Origin: Psammoneis japonica
Lineage: Eukaryota
Assembly: GCA_008632985.1 (NCBI GenBank)
Contig: QPGO01000221.1
Location: 1 to 64,000, forward strand
Reading direction: 5' to 3'
DNA: 64,000 bases
Of this stretch, positions 57,000 to 64,000 are shown piece after piece. Under the pieces are notes generated by a model, which ran no database searches, was not told the DNA's origin, and saw only the letters and a list, made by a program, of their open reading frames with translations. A program made the position numbers and the translations under genes. Position 1 is the first letter of the stretch. Every line of letters starts with the position of its first letter.

Positions 57000-59170
57000 C
57001 ACGGCAGTTGGAAGCGTCGTCCAAGTCATCGCTCGCTGAGAACAGCACTGCAGTGTTGTGGAGACTTGGCTCCGTTCATAAATTGAATGTCACTGGGATG
57101 ATGCTGTGTTGGTGGGAGCACTGCCACACGTCAAAGCGAAGTGTGCTGAGCGCACCCCACGTTGGTCTTTGTTTGTTGGCACCTCCCGAGTTTCTGGTTT
57201 TTTGTGCCTTTTAGATGGCTGGTGTGTTTGGAGCATTTTTCCCTGCCATTGAAGATCAGCCACAGGATGAAACAAGTTCTGGTGAGTGAGTGTGCTGTCT
57301 TTGATGCTGTTTCTCTCTTCCAGCACTGCTGTGTTTCTTGCCTTTTGTCCAGCTCATTCTCAGCAGCTTCTTGCAGAGGCAGAGCTTGGGTTGTGCACGC
57401 ACTGAGCTCATTGCTTGTTGTCTCTGAATCTCCATCTCATGTTCTGTGGTGAGCACATCCAGCATGCACTCTCTGTGCTGACTCTTGGGTGACGAGAAGG
57501 GCGTGTGGCTGCGACTGCTGCTCTGCGCAGCTGCTGCCACAACTGCTGCTGTGGCTGTTTTCACTTGCGACTCTTGTGGGGCAAAAACTGCTGTCGCTGC
57601 AGCTGCTGTTGTTGCAACCACTGTGGACAGGGATTCCTTTTTGGCGTTGACTCTCTTTCTTTGTTTTGTGAAGGCAACAATGCATGGCATGCTGGCACTG
57701 CAGCTCGCATGGCTGATGGCTGGTGTGGCAGGTTCCCAGCACTTTTGCCACGCCGCATGCTGCGAAGCTGACAAGGGAGGCGCTGCACTGCATGGTGTGC
57801 CAGCCAGCGGAGCTGCACAGCTTGTGTGGCTGCTGATGGCAGGTGTGCCAGTGCTTTTGCGGGTCGCCATGAACCTGACAATGTGTTGACAACGCATGGT
57901 GTGGCAGCACCGAATGGCTGGTGTGGCAGTGCTTTTGACTCCAACTTTCGTGCCAGTGTGGCAATGGTGCAACAATGGCGAGAGTTGTGTCTGTTGTTTT
58001 TACTCAGGGCATCTTTTTTTGGCATTTGATTTGGTGATGTGGCACTCCCACGGAGCGCTGCACTTTTCAGTCTGGCCAGTAAATTTTTCTGCGCAATTTC
58101 TACGTGCCACGTTAAATTCTACGTGGCCTTGGCACTTGCACAAAGCACCTCGCGATGCATCGCTCCCCGCTGATGCTCACCATGGCGCTGATGCATTGTC
58201 GTTTGTTGCACAGTGCTGAACAGGATTTGGTCAGCTCCCAAGCAACGGGGTTCACACAAAAGCGACAAATCACAGGAGTAAAATGTAACTGCTGAGGGAG
58301 AGAATCTTTGTTGAGTGTCAAAACTGAGCTGACTTTGCAGAAGCAGCGGCCATCAAATTTGCTGCACGCGGATCCCCACCTTTCCATCTTCATTGAGCGT
58401 GACAATGGAACAGGCTGCCAGGCACATTTCGCCATTCTTGTTGAAATGACATGATTCCACAATCATGCGATCGCCCAAGGCTCCCAAACAATTGTTTTCA
58501 AAAGGCTGGGAATCCAAAATGAAGCAGACAAGACAAATGGTTGAGCATTCTTGGAGAGCCAACAAGAGCGGATCGCCCAAGTGCAATCAGAAATCAGACG
58601 CGTCTTGGAAAAGCTTCCAGAAGGCACTCACCAAAAGCAGACATGAGCACAAATGAAATTTGTCAAAAAGCATGTTGCACTTCCCTTCCAACAACCAGTT
58701 CGACACTGAAAAGAACCTCTCGTGTGCTGCCTTTAAAAAGAACTCGGCACAAGAACATCCTGCAGGCAATGATTTGGTCGGTCTGGCATCCCTTGGAATG
58801 GACACACATGCTGTTGAAACCTTTGGCAGGACGTGGGAAAAGCACATGAAGGAGCATCTTATCCATCAATCCAGAACGAGCCCGAGTCTCAGTGCGCTCG
58901 GGTTGGTTGAGCGTCGTTTCCAGGCATTCCAAATCCAGATGCAACAAAGAGGAGTGTTGCATCAACTTGAAAGACTTCAACTTCACTCCTCTGTCCAACA
59001 TTGTTGACACATCAAAAGACAAGGCAAAACAAGGGGTAAGAGCTGACACCATGAGAGCGAAAGAAGTCAAAGGAACGACGAGTCACAAAACAAAGAACGA
59101 ACACACCACCAGACAATGTGATGACCACAAACGCATGTTGCCAGGGTGACAACTCGACTCACACTCTGTC
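57000..59170. other. TpA-depleted domain of unidentified decayed sequence
   Basis: TA is nearly absent between TA-normal flanks. Confidence 0.8.
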
Positions 59171-59868
59171 ACCCATTACTCATGCTTATGTTGTAATAAC
59201 AAAATGCTGCACATTGGAGTGCAAACCAAAAAAGAAGGTAAAATAAAAGAAACAAAGTCAAAGGATGACAAAAAAAACGAGTCATCACACCACTTCAGTC
59301 GACGACACATTTTGCAACACGCACGGCACTTGTCGAGACTGGGCCAACGCTTGCACATGACATGGACAAAGAACATGAATCTCATGCACAACTCACCCCA
59401 TAAAAAGACGCGACGACGACGGTGCAAACGACGCAACAGCGCCATGGTGTCTACGAGAAAAATGTGTAGAGGCTGGTACAAAAAATTGGTCTGTAAGTCG
59501 TTCTCCGCTTTTTGATTTTTGCTAACTGGCCAGATTAGCTCAGTAGGGCTACTGAAAAATGTAACGATCCGTGGGAGGTCTTTCTCTTCTTCTTCTTCCC
59601 GTACCAATTACAGACCTCCCAAGCCGGGAGTGGTGATGTGGTAGTGCGTGTGTGCATCGACGGATGGTAGGTGACGTCAAACATTTTTAATGAAAATACC
59701 GTGGTGCGGATTTGGCGCCCAAGGTTGTTTCGCTGTCATGTGTTGCTGACGAATCGAGGTGTTTGGATGAGTGCATCCTGATCGTACTGGAGCCGCCATG
59801 GGCATGCATGGTGGAGCCATGATCACTGTTGAGTGATGCCAATAAAGCGTGCATCGTTTGTGGCGATT

Positions 59869-60030
59869 TACCGCTTGTACGAGCAGCTAAACATGGTCAT
59901 ATCCTTGTGTTTTTGACGAAGCTGACAAGCTCCTGTTGAAGCAGTGGATTCACCGCTTGTACGAGCAGCTAAACATTATTTTCACATCCTTGTTGCCACC
60001 GAAGCTGACAAGATTCAGTTGAAGCAGTGG
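59869..60030 (+). repeat. Two-copy tandem duplication of about 82 bp
   Basis: 'accgcttgtacgagcagctaaacat...cgaagctgacaag...gttgaagcagtgg' occurs twice. Confidence 0.85.
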
Positions 60031-60089
60031 CGCTGCTAAAGCGTATGATTTGAAGATGGGAAGCTGGCACTACCAGATGAGCGCACTCT

Positions 60090-60500
60090 GTGGTACGAAG
60101 CATTTACTTGATGCCGAATGGGCTGAAGCGGAATTTGAAGAAATGGTGGTTAGTTTTGCAATCTTTGTTGGTGGTCTAGTGCAGCTTCTTCTGGCAATCT
60201 TTGAAATCATATAGGGCTCTTCATTTCCTTTACAGTCATTGGGTTCTATTGCTTTTTGGCTCGGCTGGGTTTTTGTGATTATGCAAAATGAAAGCTTGAA
60301 TCCGAATTCGGCAGCGTTTATTCAGTGGGGCGTATTGACGTGCTGCTTTTTCAGAATACGCCACGTAAAACTATCTGTTCGATTGTGGTGCTCGCCTTGT
60401 TGGCAATCACTTTCTTATTGCTGGACACCGCCACTTCTACGGGAAGCGATCATGTCAAGATGACAGCAGGGTATTTTGGTTTCTTCTGTACCCATTGCGC
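60090..60500 (+). pseudogene. GPR1/FUN34/YaaH (SATP) transporter fragment
   Basis: FAIFVGGLVQLLLAIFEII*GSSF, AFWLGW, ITFLLL and AGYFGFF. Stop and frameshifts. Confidence 0.75.
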
Positions 60501-60539
60501 CGTTCCGCCCGGCCCGAAACTATCGCAGCGGGCAATGGC

Positions 60540-63500
60540 CGATGCACATGAAAAAGACACAGACGAGTCAAAGGCGTTGGCCACTGCTTCGGTTGAGCTT
60601 CAGTCGGTAGAACAGGAGCTTCAACGTTGTGAATTGAGCGACATGCCCGGATTTTAAAACAAGAAGCGCCAAGAAATCAAAAAAGAAATCGCGCCTTACC
60701 ATCCAGTCGAGGACGTGGAGGATGTCGTAGATGAAGAAATGGAGCGACTGCACAAGGAGTGGTAGGACCATCATGCTCGTGTTGCGCGACTACATGAGGA
60801 ATGTGACAAGACCTTGTTGGAATTCTCCTGGGCTCGTACAGAAGACGAGCTCGAATGGAAAGCAAAGGCATCAAGAGTTGGACGAACGAGACACGGAACT
60901 CGGTCGGGAAAATGGCAAGGTTCCGGCCGGCATGAAACAACAGAAGTCGAACATCTATGAACAGGATGTGTACGATCAAGTGTGTTGAAGACCTTTGTAC
61001 GTTATAGAGGAATCTCTCGATGCGGTCAAAGCGGGAGGGGCTCCAAACCATTGGCGGAGCCAAGCGATGGCACCCGAATCACACGACAGTCGCGTCAAGA
61101 AGAAAGTTAAGATTGTAGTCCGAAACGAAAAGACACTGCTGATGCCGCCGGGAAGCAAAGATCGCAACGACATGGCGTCTCGGGAGTCGTCCGACGAGAC
61201 GAAATGTTGCTACATCCACAAGTTCGTAAGGCCGGAGAGTCAGTCGCAATGGTTGCGCATCCTCTAGGGCTGGCAGTTGGGGGAGCATGCGTAAGTTGCA
61301 ATGTCTGACAGTCCCGCTCCACCAATTGCGTCTAGTGGGAGTAGAAGTCTCCAGCACGTGTGAAGAAGCGCATCGAACCAGAGACATTCTCAGCCGGTAT
61401 AAAGTACACCACAATGATTGCATAAAATCTGCGAGGTTGGCTTACACTGAACATGGGATTTTCGACGGCGAGTCTAATTTATTCCCGACTCCACCCAATG
61501 GGAAGCGAATCGTTTCTGTTCACCTGGACTTAGCCAAGCAAATGAAGGAGGTAACAAACTTTGCATCGTACGCTGCACTGCTATATCCTGACGTTCTATT
61601 TTGCCTCACTCGAAAAGCAAGTAGATGGGATCAAATTCATGTGGAACACCGTTTGCTGTGACTTTTCTACAATGTCCGACAATGAATTAAATGAGGCAGA
61701 CGGGAATGAAACTTTGGGCGAAGAGGTTCATTCCAACCAATCGGTTGGCGGATGTATCCTTGCACACAGTATGCGACTTGGCAAGTCGCTCCAAGCGATT
61801 GTGTTGCTTCACACCTTACTTCATCACCCTTCTTTGACGGTGTCGGATACCCCTCTGACTCGTACCGCACTTCTCGTTGTCTCAACCAATACCGCACGTA
61901 TCACCCAATCGGGTCGGGTTCTTTCTTTGCTGCGCACGATCTCCGTTCTGACACACAGTCTTACTCTCGATCTTAGTTCTAGTTGGTTAACTGGGAGAGC
62001 GAATTACGAAAGTGGGTAGCGTCTCTCCGGCCCGACACCAACACTTCCAATCTGAATGACGTGAACAGGTCTTCTCGGGGCAAAACGTTCAAAGCTTGTA
62101 GCGACAGAGGTGACGTGCTTCTTGTGAGCAAACTCTGTCTGCTTTGAAACCTTTCTTGTCTGTGTTCTTCTCACGAATGTGATTATTCCATGCCAGGTGA
62201 CGAATACGCTCTATTTGGGAATAGTTCAGTCATCGGAAGAAGATGTCAAGGAGGGTAAGCTTTTGTGCAGCGTCGCATTGTAAAGCGTACAGGGGTAATT
62301 GATATACTCATGCTAACGATTCTGAATGCATCGGCGCCTCCAGCTCCAATCTCCTGGACCTGATTGTAAGCGATCAAGATGAAGAGCTGCATCGGCTCAC
62401 CGGGACGCCATTTCTGAACAACATACTTGAGTACTATCACATGGCCTCTTGGGTGCGCCCTGGCTGTTTGGGCAAGGAATCATCGGCCTTTGAAAATGAG
62501 TTTGCTAAGCCCATCAAGAAAGGAATGGCGTTTGATGCCACTGCGATCGCCAAACATAATCAAGAAAAGCAATCGAATGTATTGCACGACAAATTATCGC
62601 ACTTTGTGCACCGACGTGATAATTCCGCTCTGAAAAAAGCCCTTTCGTTCATGCAGCAAACTGTCATTCACGTCCGCCAAACATAACTGCAGACGATTCT
62701 CTTCCGGGCCTTGAACCGCTTCAAAAAGTCCAAACCCTTTTTGGACGCTTATGCCAAGCTCAAACCTGTTCTCAATCGTCCCGGATGTTTATTGATGCAT
62801 GGAGCTGAAGGCAGAAAAGAGAGTCCTACGGTGTGCAGCAGCCGTCGCACAACGCAGTGAAATTGCTGAAGTGAAGACTGAACGGGCCAGATGGCCCACA
62901 AATACCAGACCCTCGATAGTAGTGGTACTCCTACCAATATCCCCTTGATTGACCTACTCAGCGATTCAGAGGAGAACAGTATGTATATAAAATGAGCCAT
63001 GTATTCCTAAGACTGACAGGGCGTTTGGCGCAGATGCTAGTGACAGCGAAAAGGAAGAATGCTTGTGAAGGCGAGCTCCACTTGCGACGCGGAGGAGCCG
63101 CAAGCCTGGTATGCTACATTTTGCTAAAAACGTTGACAGCAAGGAAAATGGGGCAGAATCTGCGGATACGCCCGCTGTAATGTCGGGCGAGAAGAAGAAT
63201 TCGTTAGTGGAACGTGACGAGACTCTTAGCCGCCTACTTTCATTTGGTTGTGGCGGATATGCGAACGAAAAACGGCAGCGACCAATGATTGACAAGCGCT
63301 ACTTTTACGATACACTCCTAGAAGATCGAAGTAACCAGAACGATGATAGTAGCAAGCCAAGATCTATTCCAAACGTTTCTATGCCTGCCGCTACGACAAC
63401 CGCTCTTGAACCGTCGAATGAATCTGGCGTCGACAGTGAAAGCTCAGACTTGGCAAACGTGACTGAAGCGACAATGTTTGAGGCAGATGACTCGCTCTCT

Positions 63501-64000
63501 GTTCAGCAAGTCGACTCCACTTTTAATAAATCCGGCCATGCCAAATCACAAATGTTTCCAAAGCGGAATCGGATGGCTCTGGGTACGATTCGTCTCGACC
63601 TTCGGGACCCCGCCTACCATAAGACACTGACATGAAACAAGAAAACGTGACGAGAGAGTCGGATGGCACAACTGCAGCCCCAGTGCTTCGTCAGATTCCC
63701 GGTGAAGTAACAACCTCCAAAATTGCAGACAGAAGTTTGAATAGGCTCTGCCGTACCACCAAGCGGCTCCGAGGAGTGCCTTATTGCAGTCCTCTCGTAT
63801 TCGGACTCCGATTGAATGAAACAATGAATGACGGATGAAGCTGCGTGGACGGGACTCTGCTGTGTGGTGTTTTTTTGTCTTGTGACGCGCTTCTATTAAT
63901 ATACGGAAAACATAGTAGCACCGCCTTTGGGCAATCAATGCTGTAATACAAAGTGCCTTCAGATTCCATCAAAACAAATTCAATGTACCGACATTACTAA
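60540..64000 (+). pseudogene. SNF2-family (ATRX/RAD54L2-like) helicase pseudogene with downstream duplicated block
   Basis: DGIKFMWN, GGCILAHSMRLGKSLQAIVLLHT, ALLVV, RPGCLG..SAFENEFAKPIKKG and LHDKLSHFVHRRD. Frameshifts and deletions. Confidence 0.85.

Noticed and set aside
1..64000. Alternative genetic code or recoded or synthetic DNA
   Set aside because: Intact genes use normal Tyr and stop codons, and the conversion also hits introns, LTRs and a TSD regardless of frame.

Overview
Eukaryotic, intron-containing, repeat-dense DNA, most likely from a pennate diatom (frustulin C-x-G-D-C-D repeats, a Ty3/Gypsy element, SLC35B1/SATP/SNF2/P450 remnants). I found no rRNA, tRNA, CRISPR or operon structure. 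The window is a mosaic of duplicated gene fragments, an unnamed gene family (5 copies, 2 apparently intact) with a shared promoter module, and decayed transposons: an LTR retrotransposon with TSD, a Crypton-like tyrosine recombinase fragment and a mariner-like element with TIRs. The main signal is a domain-restricted directional hypermutation converting TpA to TpG or CpA, the opposite of fungal RIP. Its direction is set internally by Tyr to Cys/His changes at conserved codons, by a mariner TA TSD that now reads CA, and by reciprocal TG/CA differences between two LTRs. Surviving TA is mostly in YTAR context. Most long Cys/His-rich ORFs in the supplied track are artefacts of lost TAA/TAG stops. 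Family calls come from motif recognition by eye, and pseudogene and domain boundaries are approximate.
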